From: a virus
Lineage: Duplodnaviria; Caudoviricetes
Reading direction: 5' to 3' (one strand)
Virus record (IMG/VR): IMGVR_UViG_3300030372_000392
Location: 1 to 43,978 of that record
Length of the DNA: 43,978 nucleotides
In this document: positions 8,366 through 18,360 of the stretch, piece by piece
Position numbering within the stretch: the stretch's first letter is position 1
Layout: every line of letters starts with the position of its first letter
Translations under genes and position numbers: made by a program
The notes under the pieces: generated by a model
What the model saw: the letters and a program-made list of their open reading frames with translations, nothing else
The model's database searches: none
Told to the model about the DNA's origin: nothing

Positions 8366-8561
8366 GATAGAGCATTCTTTCACAACTAAGTTCGGATGGT
8401 ATGATGGATTAAGGCACATGAATAATGCATTGAAGGATATAACTAAAGGTGAAAGAAGTATCTATGAACTAAATGATAGGGAAGATTACTTCCTTATTAA
8501 GCAACTAAGAACCGTATATGAAAAGGAGCCAACATGGCACGAAAAAGAAAAACGCAAGTAG
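8343..8561 (+). CDS. Hypothetical protein
   Basis: GGAG RBS, overlapping ORF. Confidence 0.6.
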   Translation: MEVKKWNEIEHSFTTKFGWYDGLRHMNNALKDITKGERSIYELNDREDYFLIKQLRTVYEKEPTWHEKEKRK

Positions 8562-8737
8562 AGAAAGTAAGAGACTTTTTATTCACAGGTAAAAAGATAA
8601 CTGCAAAAACTGCTGTTAGTAGATTTGGTATCTATAGACTAGCGGCTGTAATATGGACTCTACGTAATACGTTTAGTATGAATATTACTACTGATAACAG
8701 TAAGGGTTATGCTACATATTCTTTAGCAGGTAAGTAG
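8534..8737 (+). CDS. Small winged-HTH DNA-binding protein
   Basis: TQ..V...L..G..IT...A...FG.YRLAAVI..LR pattern of phage wHTH proteins; AAGGAG RBS. Confidence 0.75.
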   Translation: MARKRKTQVEKVRDFLFTGKKITAKTAVSRFGIYRLAAVIWTLRNTFSMNITTDNSKGYATYSLAGK

Positions 8738-8748
8738 TTAATATAAGG

Positions 8749-8775
8749 TTTGGGGTGTACCTTAAACACCCCAAA
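8749..8775. terminator. Hairpin (possible terminator or processing site)
   Basis: TTTGGGGTGT-N7-ACACCCCAAA, intergenic. Confidence 0.55.
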
Positions 8776-8798
8776 GTTTAATTTCAAGGAGAAAGTAA

Positions 8799-8906
8799 AT
8801 GAGTCTAATAGAAGTAATTGGGTGGATGTTAGTGTTACTAGTTATTGGATTAGTAATATTATCTACATCACCAATAGAAGAAGAAAATAAAAAAGAGGAG
8901 AAGTAA
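8799..8906 (+). CDS. Small single-pass membrane protein (35 aa)
   Basis: AAGGAG RBS; MSLIEVIGWMLVLLVIGLVILSTSPIEEENKKEEK. Confidence 0.65.
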   Translation: MSLIEVIGWMLVLLVIGLVILSTSPIEEENKKEEK

Positions 8907-9040
8907 TGGCTATGTATTACGTAATAGAAGTTCTACAAACACAAGCCTTTGATGTCTTAATACAAACTGTCTATATGATAGCAATATGGGCACTAATAAC
9001 TTATCGTTTAGATAAATTAGAAAAGATAGTGGGGAAGTAA
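8906..9040 (+). CDS. Small membrane protein (44 aa)
   Basis: GAGGAG RBS, TAATG coupling; hydrophobic core. Confidence 0.65.
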   Translation: MAMYYVIEVLQTQAFDVLIQTVYMIAIWALITYRLDKLEKIVGK

Positions 9041-9048
9041 TATAGTTT

Positions 9049-9247
9049 TATATGGGGAGACTGGTTGCTCTCTTGTTACATTAACATTAACTTAACCTAC
9101 GAGCAGAACACATAAGCAAGTAGGACGTAAGAATAGATATTCTCTTCTTGTGTTTTTAAAACTGTTAATTGGCATTTGAAAAAATTATATTCTTGAGGTT
9201 GGCACTAAAAGAAATAAGATAATATCAATCATAGGTCTCCCCATATA
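9049..9247. ncRNA. Candidate structured RNA (~200 nt)
   Basis: 14 bp closing stem TATATGGGGAGACT/GGTCTCCCCATATA with internal helices; no long ORF. Confidence 0.55.
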
Positions 9248-9259
9248 TCTATTAATAAT

Positions 9260-9514
9260 ATGAAATACAGAAAAAGAAAAAATAAAACAAAGAAGGCTAT
9301 GCAAGATGACATAAACACTCTATCTAAATTAGTCTTAGCTAATAAGTCAGCAATAGATGTTCTCGGAGACTTTCTTTATAACTACCTAGATATGAAAGGA
9401 GAAACTGAGATTTATAGTAACTTTATGAAGGAGAAAATAGATGGATTTATTCAACAAAATAGCAAGGGGGATGGAGAAGTTTCTAGAGAGCCCCTTCAAG
9501 AAGAAAAGGAGTAG
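9260..9514 (+). CDS. Hypothetical protein
   Basis: ORF track, co-oriented. Confidence 0.65.
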   Translation: MKYRKRKNKTKKAMQDDINTLSKLVLANKSAIDVLGDFLYNYLDMKGETEIYSNFMKEKIDGFIQQNSKGDGEVSREPLQEEKE

Positions 9515-9519
9515 AAGAA

Positions 9520-9870
9520 GTGCCGTCAAAAAGCAAAGCAAAAGGAAACAGATTCGAAAGAGAAGTCGTAAATCTAGCTAAGGAATACGGCTTAGAATCA
9601 AAAAGAGCGTGGGGTTCTGATGGTAGGTCATTAGGTCTTCACCCTGAAGTAGACTTAACAATAGAAGAATACACCGTACAATGTAAGGTACGGAAAAGGA
9701 TAGCAAAATGGTTGAAGCCTTCGGAGCAAATGGGGGGATTACACCTCCAATGCGTAAAGGAATCAAGGGGCAAAATGTATGCTATAATATCGATGACGGA
9801 TTTGATGGATATAATAGCACGCTTAAAGATGGTAAAAGAAGCCTCCAAGGAAGAGCAAGAGCAAGAGTAA
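9520..9870 (+). CDS. Archaeal-type (Hjc-like) Holliday junction resolvase
   Basis: SKAKGNRFERE, PEVD, VQCK motifs. Confidence 0.8.
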   Translation: MPSKSKAKGNRFEREVVNLAKEYGLESKRAWGSDGRSLGLHPEVDLTIEEYTVQCKVRKRIAKWLKPSEQMGGLHLQCVKESRGKMYAIISMTDLMDIIARLKMVKEASKEEQEQE

Positions 9871-10121
9871 TGGATTTACAATACTACCTTGGAGAAAGCT
9901 GGATTGACTACAAGGCAGTTAATTACGAAGTGAATGACAAGAAATCTAAAGAGGGTGGTCAAGCTATGATTGCTAGTAAGGTTTTGAAATGTATTAACTG
10001 TAGTAAGCCATACGAAACTAAGGTAGTTGGTTCAAGGGGAGCGTTTGTAAATAGATATTTACCAGTAGCAGTATTTAACAATGTGCCACTTGACAATGGA
10101 GAATGTGGTCTCTGTGGCTAA
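9870..10121 (+). CDS. Small Zn-finger protein
   Basis: TAATG coupling at 9870; CINC...CGLC. Confidence 0.65.
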   Translation: MDLQYYLGESWIDYKAVNYEVNDKKSKEGGQAMIASKVLKCINCSKPYETKVVGSRGAFVNRYLPVAVFNNVPLDNGECGLCG

Positions 10122-10494
10122 GTGTCCTTTGTGTAGTGGAAAGATACTAAAGAAAGATGTATCTATAAGACTCAAGTCTTTAAGGCTGTCTAGGTCTCCA
10201 AAAATATTAAGAGAGATAGACAGTATAGTTAAAGACCTATCTACTCATTGGACTATGGATGATGTACAAGTAGCAGGGTTTCTAGCAGATATACAGAACA
10301 TAGAAGACGCTATTGTTTCAGAGTCTATTGCTAAATTCAAAAAGAAAAATGGAGTAGAGCAGGGATTTAATATTAAATACTTAGCTAGTATAATTAAGAA
10401 CGATAACAATAGGTATGGTCTTAGACAAGAATACGAGAGAAAGAACTTGGATAGGATACCACCTAAACTAAAGGATGAGAATGAAGAGTATTGA
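10081..10494 (+). CDS. Hypothetical protein upstream of DnaB (possible initiator/loader); start uncertain
   Basis: CPLC near the N-terminus, YLASIIKN helix, overlaps the helicase start. Confidence 0.55.
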   Translation: MCHLTMENVVSVAKCPLCSGKILKKDVSIRLKSLRLSRSPKILREIDSIVKDLSTHWTMDDVQVAGFLADIQNIEDAIVSESIAKFKKKNGVEQGFNIKYLASIIKNDNNRYGLRQEYERKNLDRIPPKLKDENEEY

Positions 10495-11812
10495 GTTAGA
10501 AAAAGCATTGCTTGGATGCCTAATAAGCGATAGTAGTTATATAGATTCAGTTAAGCAATACATACCTGAAGATGATTTTTTCTATTCTTCTTTTAATAAA
10601 AAGGTTTGGAGTTCTCTATGTAAGCTACATAAAAATAATACAGAGATAGACTTGGTAACTATATGTGAGGAAGTTGGAAACATATCAGATGTCTACAGTA
10701 CTAAGTATGAGATAAGTGGCTTTCTAGATTCAGTTGTGTCTCCGGCTAGTGCATTAGAATATGCTAAAAGACTACACGCTTACTATCTACGTAGGATATT
10801 ATTTAATCAAATGCACGATATATCCAAGGGTATTAACGACACATCCTTAGAGACTAGTAACTTACTTGAGGATGCACATACTACTATTGGAAATATTATA
10901 AAACTACAGCCAAATCAAACCTTTGATATAGATTCTTTATTAGAGAATACGAAGGAGTCTATAGTTAATTCTACTACACAGATTCCTACTGGTATTGGTA
11001 CACTTGATAGAGTTATTACTGGTATGACAAGAGGTGAGATTACTATAGTTGCAGGTAGACCCGGCAATGCAAAGACTACTGTGTCTGCTAACATAGCTAG
11101 GAACCTAGTGCATAAAGGACTAAAGGTTGCTATGTTTAACAGAGAGATGCCTAATACAGAGATGATGAAGAAGTTTATAGCTATGGAGTCCAAAGCATTG
11201 CAGTATAGAAACCTTAGAAACAATATAGATATAGACCAAGTAGAGTTAGCTGACATATCTGAAAAGATATCTGAGGTTTATGGTGGTAAGCTATTTATGT
11301 TTGATGATGTTAGGGATATAGAGAGTACATTTCGTGAGATAAAAGCAATAAGTCCTGATGTAGTTATTGATGACCATATAGGTTTAATTGAGCACCCTGC
11401 TCACGATAGGAGAGACTTACGTCTTAAGATAGGTGATGTTAGCCGTAGCTATAAATGGTTAGCCAAAGCACAAGATATGTCTGTTATACTAGTATCGCAG
11501 ATGAATAGAAATATGGAGCATAGAAATGACAGAGTGCCTAGATTGTCTGATTTAGCAGAGTCTGGTAACTTAGAACAAGATGCAGAGATAGTAGTATTTA
11601 CTCACTATCCTTGGGTATCTAGGTATGGAGATGATGGTAATAGTGATTGTTTTCTAGAGTTAATTGTAGCAAAAAATAGATACGGAGTTACTAATTCTTG
11701 TGAGGTTGGGTATCACGGCAACAGTTGCTTGGTTACTAATACAGAATCTGAGGCAGTAGAACTAGCAAAGAGCAGAGGAGAGAGCGTAAGCGGTACACCC
11801 AAGCCTTTTTAA
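10481..11812 (+). CDS. dnaB: DnaB-like replicative helicase
   Basis: N-terminal EKALLG domain, IPTG, GRPGNAKT, EM, SQMNR, PRLSDLAESGNLEQDA, IVAKNRYG. Confidence 0.95.
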   Translation: MKSIELEKALLGCLISDSSYIDSVKQYIPEDDFFYSSFNKKVWSSLCKLHKNNTEIDLVTICEEVGNISDVYSTKYEISGFLDSVVSPASALEYAKRLHAYYLRRILFNQMHDISKGINDTSLETSNLLEDAHTTIGNIIKLQPNQTFDIDSLLENTKESIVNSTTQIPTGIGTLDRVITGMTRGEITIVAGRPGNAKTTVSANIARNLVHKGLKVAMFNREMPNTEMMKKFIAMESKALQYRNLRNNIDIDQVELADISEKISEVYGGKLFMFDDVRDIESTFREIKAISPDVVIDDHIGLIEHPAHDRRDLRLKIGDVSRSYKWLAKAQDMSVILVSQMNRNMEHRNDRVPRLSDLAESGNLEQDAEIVVFTHYPWVSRYGDDGNSDCFLELIVAKNRYGVTNSCEVGYHGNSCLVTNTESEAVELAKSRGESVSGTPKPF

Positions 11813-11815
11813 GCA

Positions 11816-14800
11816 TTATATATCAGCTCTCTTCTTATGCTTTTGCATCTTTCTTTTTATCACAGCTTTATAATCTATATCTGTTACTAGTATAGGATAC
11901 ATAGGGTAGGTGCTATTCCAATTACGCATATCTTCTAGTGCTTGTTGATAAGCCTCTGGTGTTTCAGATTTTATTATAGTATCTACTATAGAAGATTTTC
12001 TTCTACCTCTAAGGAACTCTATCCTACTTTGTTTTAAACCTTTTGTTTCTAGTCTTTTTGCTACGTCTTTTAACAAAGGACTACCAGTCATCCTCAATGC
12101 TCTAGATGGAACTCTTCTTATAAAGTCTCCTTGGTAGTTTTTATAGTCTCTTTCTAGTGCACCCATAAACTTAAACAACTCAGATACATCTGACATAAAA
12201 GGTGGTGATGCAAAGAAAGCCAATGCCCTAGTAACGCTTCTACCTTCTTCTAATCCAGCCATCATAAAGTCACCTAAGAAACCAAAAGCTCCTATAGCGG
12301 CTATATTCTCTACTATTTCTTTAGCGTCTGTTTCAAAAAATGTAGCAGGGTCATATGCTTTTTCACCAGATGCTAGTTGTTTCATAAGTTCTTTTGCTTT
12401 TATAGCTAAAGCACCTGTAGCCATTCCACCTGCGGCTAGTCTAAGTACTGGCATAAAATTACCTTGAGCTAAATCAAACTTTAATGTGTCCATTATAAAG
12501 TTGTACTGCCTAAGTCCAAATGATTTAAACTGTAGAAACGGTTTAGCCGATGGTCTATTTAGTATTAGTGGGTCTGATAAAATATCTTTCTGTAGCTGAG
12601 ACTTAACTGCAAAGTTACCTATTGAGTTTATAATTGTAGACCTAGGTAGCTTACCTTGTTTTATTTGAGAAGGGTCTATTCCCATTTTTTTAAGGGTATT
12701 ATTAGCCCATTTCTTTGAGCCCATTCTACCTAATCCAATTCCTCTTTTACCTGTTGATATAGCTACTAAATCATCTATTAAAACTCTAGCTGTTGAAGCG
12801 GCTAATATGTTATTAATAGAGTTTATTCTATTAAACTGAGACACATCAGTTAATCTACCTACAACCTTTTTAGATATATCACTTTGTTGAGATAGACCCA
12901 TCATTTCGTTTATGTATTTATATAGATTACCACCAGATGCATCTACCTCTTTTCTAAAATCTTTATCAGTCATATACTTATATGCACCTTTGGTAAATCT
13001 CCAATAGCCTGCAGATAAAGCAGATGATATTGCAAACTGTGACAAGTTCATAGCTGTTGCTGTACCTAATGCAATCTTAGTAGATGTCTCCCATTCCATA
13101 ACTTTCTGCATAAAGTCTTTGATTCCGGGGTTAAGATTGTATCTTCTATTGTAACCTATAGAGCCCATCACATGATTATGTAGCTCCGCAATTATAGGCA
13201 AGTCTGAATCTGGGGCATTTTTAAGTAGCTCTGTGTATATTTTTCCTTTCTTACCAAAGTTCTTTGTTTCTGCTGAAGCCCTAGCAACATTGGAAGAGTA
13301 TATTCCTAGTAGTTTTCTAATGTCTCTTTCATAAAACTTAGAAGGTAATTCATAGGTTCTTTTTTTTGTTAGGTTTCCATACTCTTTAAATACCTCACCA
13401 TAGGTAAGCCTGCCCATAAGTGCCATAGCTTTAAAAGGACTAAGCTCTTCAACGCCTTCTCTTTTTCTAACCCCTTCTAGTATTGATTCATAAGCCTCCT
13501 TAGTTTCCTTTGACAGAGAAGGCATAGCTTTTTTTATAATTCTATTTAAAAACCTAGCCTCTCCACCTCTACTCTTAGCAAAGGCTTCTGGGTTATTCAT
13601 TGATTGTATTATTAAATCTATGTAGTCATTTTGTAAATCCTTGACTAACATCTCCTCGCCTTTTTTAACTGATTGCTTTGAAACCATTTCTGATATTTTA
13701 TATATATCAGCAAATACCTTTTCTGCTAAGCCTTGCTTAAGCATTCTTGGTATATAGTTTTCTAGGTATCCTACATCAACTCCAGATTCACGAGCTCTGT
13801 TAAAAAGAAAATCAGATATTTGTTTATAACCCATTGTCTCAGGTGTGTTTATACCTTGTTCAACGGCATCAGCTAATAGCTCCCAGTATTTCTTAGATAC
13901 TTCTGACTCACTCATTTTCATAGCTCCTGCTAAATTCTTTACCTGTTGCTTAGTTGGTTTTTCAGCATTTAATCCAAACTGAGACATGAGGTCAAATGTT
14001 TCTGACAAAGTTCTTCTTTGGTCTACAACAAATTTATCAACCTTAGCAACGTATATTCTCCTAGCTGGACTTACGCTACCTTGATTTCTTGCAGGTCTAA
14101 AAACGTCTAATAATTTATTGGCAGGAGCAGGTAGCATATCGTCTAGGAATACACTAAACCTAGTCTTCTGCATATCTATCCCATTCTTCTGCATATCCTC
14201 CAATGCTTTTTTAGTATACTTTTCAACAGTTAACTTGTCTCTTAGGCTCCCTATATTTTCGTTACCTAAGTCTTTCAAGTTTTTCGACAATGCCTCTTTA
14301 CCTTTCTCAGCTTTATGCAACCCTCTATTTGTTTCTTTTACTTCATTAGAATGGCCTAGTTCTTTTTCCAGTTTTCTAATTTCACTTTCTCTTTTAGCTC
14401 TTAATTCTTTTGGAGATATATTTAAATTCTCTGGTTTTCTGTAATAATTATACCAAATATCTTTAGGAATTAATGCCACTTCACCAGTATCTAGGAACCT
14501 TGCCTGAACATTTTTGTCATCAAAACTGAGTATCTTAGCTTCTCTTTTACCCTTACTGTCTGTGCGGATACTATCATGTAGTTCATTAGCATAACTTCTT
14601 CTTCCTGTTTCTTCAGCTATTTTTGTTACATCAAGACCCTCTGGTATAGGTTGCTTAGATACCTCTGGCTCAACAACGTACTTTTTAAATTTTCTTAGTT
14701 TATCAAAGCCTTTAGTAGCCGCCATATTAACGCCTTTGATACCTAATACCATACCACCTGCATGAACCCAGTCTTCAGGGGTAGGTGCTCTTCCTTCTAG

Positions 14801-15541
14801 TAACGGAGCAACAGTACCAAATTGACCAACTTCTGCAAACGTTCTACCTAATACATTTACCCCTTTATCTGTTAAGAATGCATTAGTACCACCTGTCATT
14901 CCACCTAATACAGCACCTTTAGCACCAGCCTTAACTACCTTACCCGGAGTTATAGTTCCATCTGATAAGTATTCATTCATAGCCTCACCAGCACCTGAGT
15001 ATAGACCTAGTGCACCTGCCCCTCCTCCAGTTTTTGCGTATGCTTTTTGTGTAAAAGCACTTGCTTTAAGTGCGGCTTTTCTAGCAACATCTTTAGAAAC
15101 TCTATTTTGCAATAGTCTTTTATATACCAACTTTCTTGCTACACCTTTAGCAACAGCACCACCAACTCCACCACCAGCTACAGTAGTGACAAAATCTAAG
15201 GGGGTAAAAAATGATGATACACTTGCGGCTATATCCCCTATTATTCCCGGATGATAATTACCTAAGTCATATACTTGTTTTTTATTTGTAGCTATAGCTT
15301 CAGCCATACCTTGTAAAGACCTATTGTAACCATCTTTCCAAATAGTGCCTAACTTATCTACAATACCGCTTTCATCTTTGGGGTTATATTCAAAACTTTC
15401 AGATTCTAGTTTGTATTGAGGAAATTTTCTAGTAATAACTTTATAAGCTAAGTCATCGCTCATACCATTATAACTAGGGTCAACAGCTCTGAAATCATTT
15501 ACAAGCTGTTCTTTACTCATGTTTGGATTAAACTGTGACAT
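11816..15541 (-). CDS. Large internal virion / DNA ejection protein (putative)
   Basis: 1241 aa, helical, Gly/Ala-rich hydrophobic segments; last gene of a podovirus-type structural operon. Confidence 0.65.
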   Translation of the reverse strand: MSQFNPNMSKEQLVNDFRAVDPSYNGMSDDLAYKVITRKFPQYKLESESFEYNPKDESGIVDKLGTIWKDGYNRSLQGMAEAIATNKKQVYDLGNYHPGIIGDIAASVSSFFTPLDFVTTVAGGGVGGAVAKGVARKLVYKRLLQNRVSKDVARKAALKASAFTQKAYAKTGGGAGALGLYSGAGEAMNEYLSDGTITPGKVVKAGAKGAVLGGMTGGTNAFLTDKGVNVLGRTFAEVGQFGTVAPLLEGRAPTPEDWVHAGGMVLGIKGVNMAATKGFDKLRKFKKYVVEPEVSKQPIPEGLDVTKIAEETGRRSYANELHDSIRTDSKGKREAKILSFDDKNVQARFLDTGEVALIPKDIWYNYYRKPENLNISPKELRAKRESEIRKLEKELGHSNEVKETNRGLHKAEKGKEALSKNLKDLGNENIGSLRDKLTVEKYTKKALEDMQKNGIDMQKTRFSVFLDDMLPAPANKLLDVFRPARNQGSVSPARRIYVAKVDKFVVDQRRTLSETFDLMSQFGLNAEKPTKQQVKNLAGAMKMSESEVSKKYWELLADAVEQGINTPETMGYKQISDFLFNRARESGVDVGYLENYIPRMLKQGLAEKVFADIYKISEMVSKQSVKKGEEMLVKDLQNDYIDLIIQSMNNPEAFAKSRGGEARFLNRIIKKAMPSLSKETKEAYESILEGVRKREGVEELSPFKAMALMGRLTYGEVFKEYGNLTKKRTYELPSKFYERDIRKLLGIYSSNVARASAETKNFGKKGKIYTELLKNAPDSDLPIIAELHNHVMGSIGYNRRYNLNPGIKDFMQKVMEWETSTKIALGTATAMNLSQFAISSALSAGYWRFTKGAYKYMTDKDFRKEVDASGGNLYKYINEMMGLSQQSDISKKVVGRLTDVSQFNRINSINNILAASTARVLIDDLVAISTGKRGIGLGRMGSKKWANNTLKKMGIDPSQIKQGKLPRSTIINSIGNFAVKSQLQKDILSDPLILNRPSAKPFLQFKSFGLRQYNFIMDTLKFDLAQGNFMPVLRLAAGGMATGALAIKAKELMKQLASGEKAYDPATFFETDAKEIVENIAAIGAFGFLGDFMMAGLEEGRSVTRALAFFASPPFMSDVSELFKFMGALERDYKNYQGDFIRRVPSRALRMTGSPLLKDVAKRLETKGLKQSRIEFLRGRRKSSIVDTIIKSETPEAYQQALEDMRNWNSTYPMYPILVTDIDYKAVIKRKMQKHKKRADI

Positions 15542-15549
15542 ATTTTATT

Positions 15550-17193
15550 TTACCTATAAGGATTTCTATATTGAAGTAAATCTAATGTTGTACCTAATCC
15601 TTCAAGCATATTATCAACTCCACTCTTCATAGTGTTTTTAAAGCTATTAGGATTATCAGCTTCAGAAACAGAATCTTGATTTTCTTTATATATACTTATT
15701 AACCTAGCAAGGTCATTGCGACTCATTACATCAAGATAGTTTTCAACAGACATAGCCCCATCATATACTTTAGAAAAATCTCTTGCAATAGATTTTTTTA
15801 CTTTATCTATTCTTGCATTTAATCTATTTTGTTTATTTTTATTTTTAACTGGAGTTTCTTTTAATTGTTTTTCAAATGAATTTATTTTTTCTAACCTCTT
15901 ATTAAAATCAATTAACGGTAAAAATCTAGAGCGAGTTTTTTTCTTTTTTGTTTCATTGCTTTTAACTTGCTCTTGCTGTGGTGTTTTTAAAACTGGAAAT
16001 AAATCTAAGTCTTCAGTTGGAGGCGTAGGTTGTCCACTAGTAGCACCTGCTTGAGCAAAATTTAATCCAGATATAATTGACTCAGGTATGTCAAGCTCCC
16101 TAGCATCTTCTTCATTTTTTATTTCTCCAGAATCAACAGCCTCCTGAACGCTATTCATTGTATAATTCATTGCACCTTGCTGTTCATCTCCTTGCTCAAT
16201 AACAACATCTTTAACATCTTCTCCAGATGCATTTCTATTAGCTACATCTACAGCATTATCAAGTGTGCTTTCCTCATCTGAAAATAAAACATTGTACATG
16301 TCGTTACTTACAAAATCTCCTATACCTTTTTTATCATCAGGTATTAAAAAGTCTGGAAGTTCTGTTGTTGTTTCGGATGCTCCTTGATTACTATAAGCGT
16401 CTATGTTTGAACCGCTTATATTTGAGCTAGAAAATCCAAGCATATTGTCCAGTTTTGACTGTAATTTATTAATAGTAAGCGTCACCTCTGCTAATGCATC
16501 ATCAGCACCAGCTATCCCACTAGCTTGTTGTGTAAATAAATCTGATTGTTGTTTTCTAAGTGATGTTAACCTAGGTGTTATTGTACTTATTTGAGCTCTT
16601 TCCTTAGGACTTAAGTCACCCTTACTAAAATAAGCATCTGTAAAAACTTTATTAATTGAATCATCGTTTTTAAATACGTCTAAAGCTGTGTCTATAGTCA
16701 TTGGAGATTCTGGATTTTGACTATTGTATAAATCTAATGTATTAGAAATTGTTTTAAATTGTTCTTTAGCGTTATCTATACGAGACTGTGCATACTTTTT
16801 AATTCTTAAATTAACAGTAGGGTCTTCAATTCCTATTCCAAAAGAGTCTATATTTGCATTAGCTAATTGCCTAGAGTTCATACCAGCAAATGACTCATCT
16901 AAATCTTGCCTAGCTATAGCATATTCAGAATTTCTTTTATTAAGCTCAAATGTTTCTTTATTTATTTCAGCATTTTGAGATGATATATCATTTTGAAATC
17001 TTTGTTGAGTTAAAGAATCCTGATACCTTCTTTCATTCTCAGCCATTTGTCTTTTAGATAGCTCTAACCTAGCATCAGCACGTTCTTCCTGTCTTTTAGC
17101 TAGCTGGTACTGAGGACTTAAATAAGCAGATATCTCTTTTAGAAATACATCTAATCCGCTTTCAGGTTTTTCTATTCTTATTAGTCTTGCCAC
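15550..17193 (-). CDS. Internal virion protein (putative)
   Basis: Coiled-coil N-terminus, position in the ejection cluster. Confidence 0.55.
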   Translation of the reverse strand: MARLIRIEKPESGLDVFLKEISAYLSPQYQLAKRQEERADARLELSKRQMAENERRYQDSLTQQRFQNDISSQNAEINKETFELNKRNSEYAIARQDLDESFAGMNSRQLANANIDSFGIGIEDPTVNLRIKKYAQSRIDNAKEQFKTISNTLDLYNSQNPESPMTIDTALDVFKNDDSINKVFTDAYFSKGDLSPKERAQISTITPRLTSLRKQQSDLFTQQASGIAGADDALAEVTLTINKLQSKLDNMLGFSSSNISGSNIDAYSNQGASETTTELPDFLIPDDKKGIGDFVSNDMYNVLFSDEESTLDNAVDVANRNASGEDVKDVVIEQGDEQQGAMNYTMNSVQEAVDSGEIKNEEDARELDIPESIISGLNFAQAGATSGQPTPPTEDLDLFPVLKTPQQEQVKSNETKKKKTRSRFLPLIDFNKRLEKINSFEKQLKETPVKNKNKQNRLNARIDKVKKSIARDFSKVYDGAMSVENYLDVMSRNDLARLISIYKENQDSVSEADNPNSFKNTMKSGVDNMLEGLGTTLDLLQYRNPYR

Positions 17194-17202
17194 TTTAACT
17201 CC

Positions 17203-18360
17203 TTATGTTTGTGTGAATTTAACACCACCTGATGTTTGCAACCTTAATAGCTCTGCTAAAGCATCAGCTTCCTCTTGTTCTTTTGAACTTTTAAATATAT
17301 CAGAAGCACCCTCTGCTTGAGTTCTGTATATATTTGGGACTAAGGGTTGAGCTCCTACATTTGAAAATCCACTAGCTGATTGAGTTTGCCTAGAAATTTC
17401 CATAGCGTCTCCTAATTGACCTGATAACCCTACGTTCATCTGTTGGATACCTGAAAAAGCATCAGAGAAGTCTGGTTTAAATCTTTCTTCAAACTTTTTT
17501 CTTTCATCATCATCTTCAAATTCACCAAACTCATCATATAATCTTTGAAAGAAAGCTTTATCAGCAGGCATTCCTGAATAGTACCCACCTGTGCTACTTT
17601 GACCTGCTTCACCTCCTTCAAAATAACTCTTAACACTATCTCTTTTAGCGTCTCTATCTCTTAAAAGCATCATAATATCGCTAGCTAGTTGTTCAGGATT
17701 TATTGCTTTAGCCTCATCTAAGACATCTAACATACCCCTTACTTCTCTTCCAAACATATTACCGCTTCTAATTTCCGTAGGTTTAAGCATAGCTGTTAAC
17801 TGATTAACTCTATTCTTAGCCATAGCTATTTTATCTTCTACTCCAAGAGATGAACCTTTATACATATCTGGATTTGCCATTCTCATTTCAATCTGAAGAG
17901 GGTCAGCTTCTCCACCTTGTTGGTAACCCATCATTTTCTTTTTCTTATCAGCCATTCCTCCATACATATATTCATCAATCATTCCACCACCCATATAGTC
18001 ATACATCATACCACCTTGTTTCATATATCCCATACGATTTCTAACTTCTTCTGGTAGACCCATTAACCCTCTATTACCTTCAGGTATTTTTTTAAATACC
18101 TTACCACCTTTGTTCATCATAGAAGAATCTCTAGTCATGTCAATGCTTTTTTGATTAGCTAAGGTGTTTAAAGCTAGTAGCTCATCTATAGCTGAGTGAC
18201 CGTGTTGACCTTGCGGTACTAATCCACCTCCCATATATCCTAATCTATCTGCGTTATTTATCATATCCATAGTATTTTTTCCTAATTTATCTACAGCTTC
18301 TTTGCGAACTACGTATTCTCCTGACTGCAACATTGCTGGTATATTATCTGATTGAGCCAC
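17203..18360 (-). CDS. Internal virion protein with DNIPAML..GEYV motif and repeated aromatic/Met-x-x-GG motifs
   Basis: Motif resembles those in tape-measure and ejection proteins; GTG start after AGGAG. Confidence 0.6.
   Translation of the reverse strand: MAQSDNIPAMLQSGEYVVRKEAVDKLGKNTMDMINNADRLGYMGGGLVPQGQHGHSAIDELLALNTLANQKSIDMTRDSSMMNKGGKVFKKIPEGNRGLMGLPEEVRNRMGYMKQGGMMYDYMGGGMIDEYMYGGMADKKKKMMGYQQGGEADPLQIEMRMANPDMYKGSSLGVEDKIAMAKNRVNQLTAMLKPTEIRSGNMFGREVRGMLDVLDEAKAINPEQLASDIMMLLRDRDAKRDSVKSYFEGGEAGQSSTGGYYSGMPADKAFFQRLYDEFGEFEDDDERKKFEERFKPDFSDAFSGIQQMNVGLSGQLGDAMEISRQTQSASGFSNVGAQPLVPNIYRTQAEGASDIFKSSKEQEEADALAELLRLQTSGGVKFTQT

Noticed and set aside
9049-9247. tmRNA
   Set aside because: Starts with GGGG but lacks a T-loop and a G3-U pair, and is too short.
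9708-9869. Long N-terminus of ORF 9708-10121
   Set aside because: It overlaps the resolvase; TAATG coupling at 9870 is the better start.
17203-18360. Tape measure protein of a long-tailed phage
   Set aside because: Only the short PAML-GEYV motif matches; no tail tube or sheath genes; the gene set is podovirus-like.
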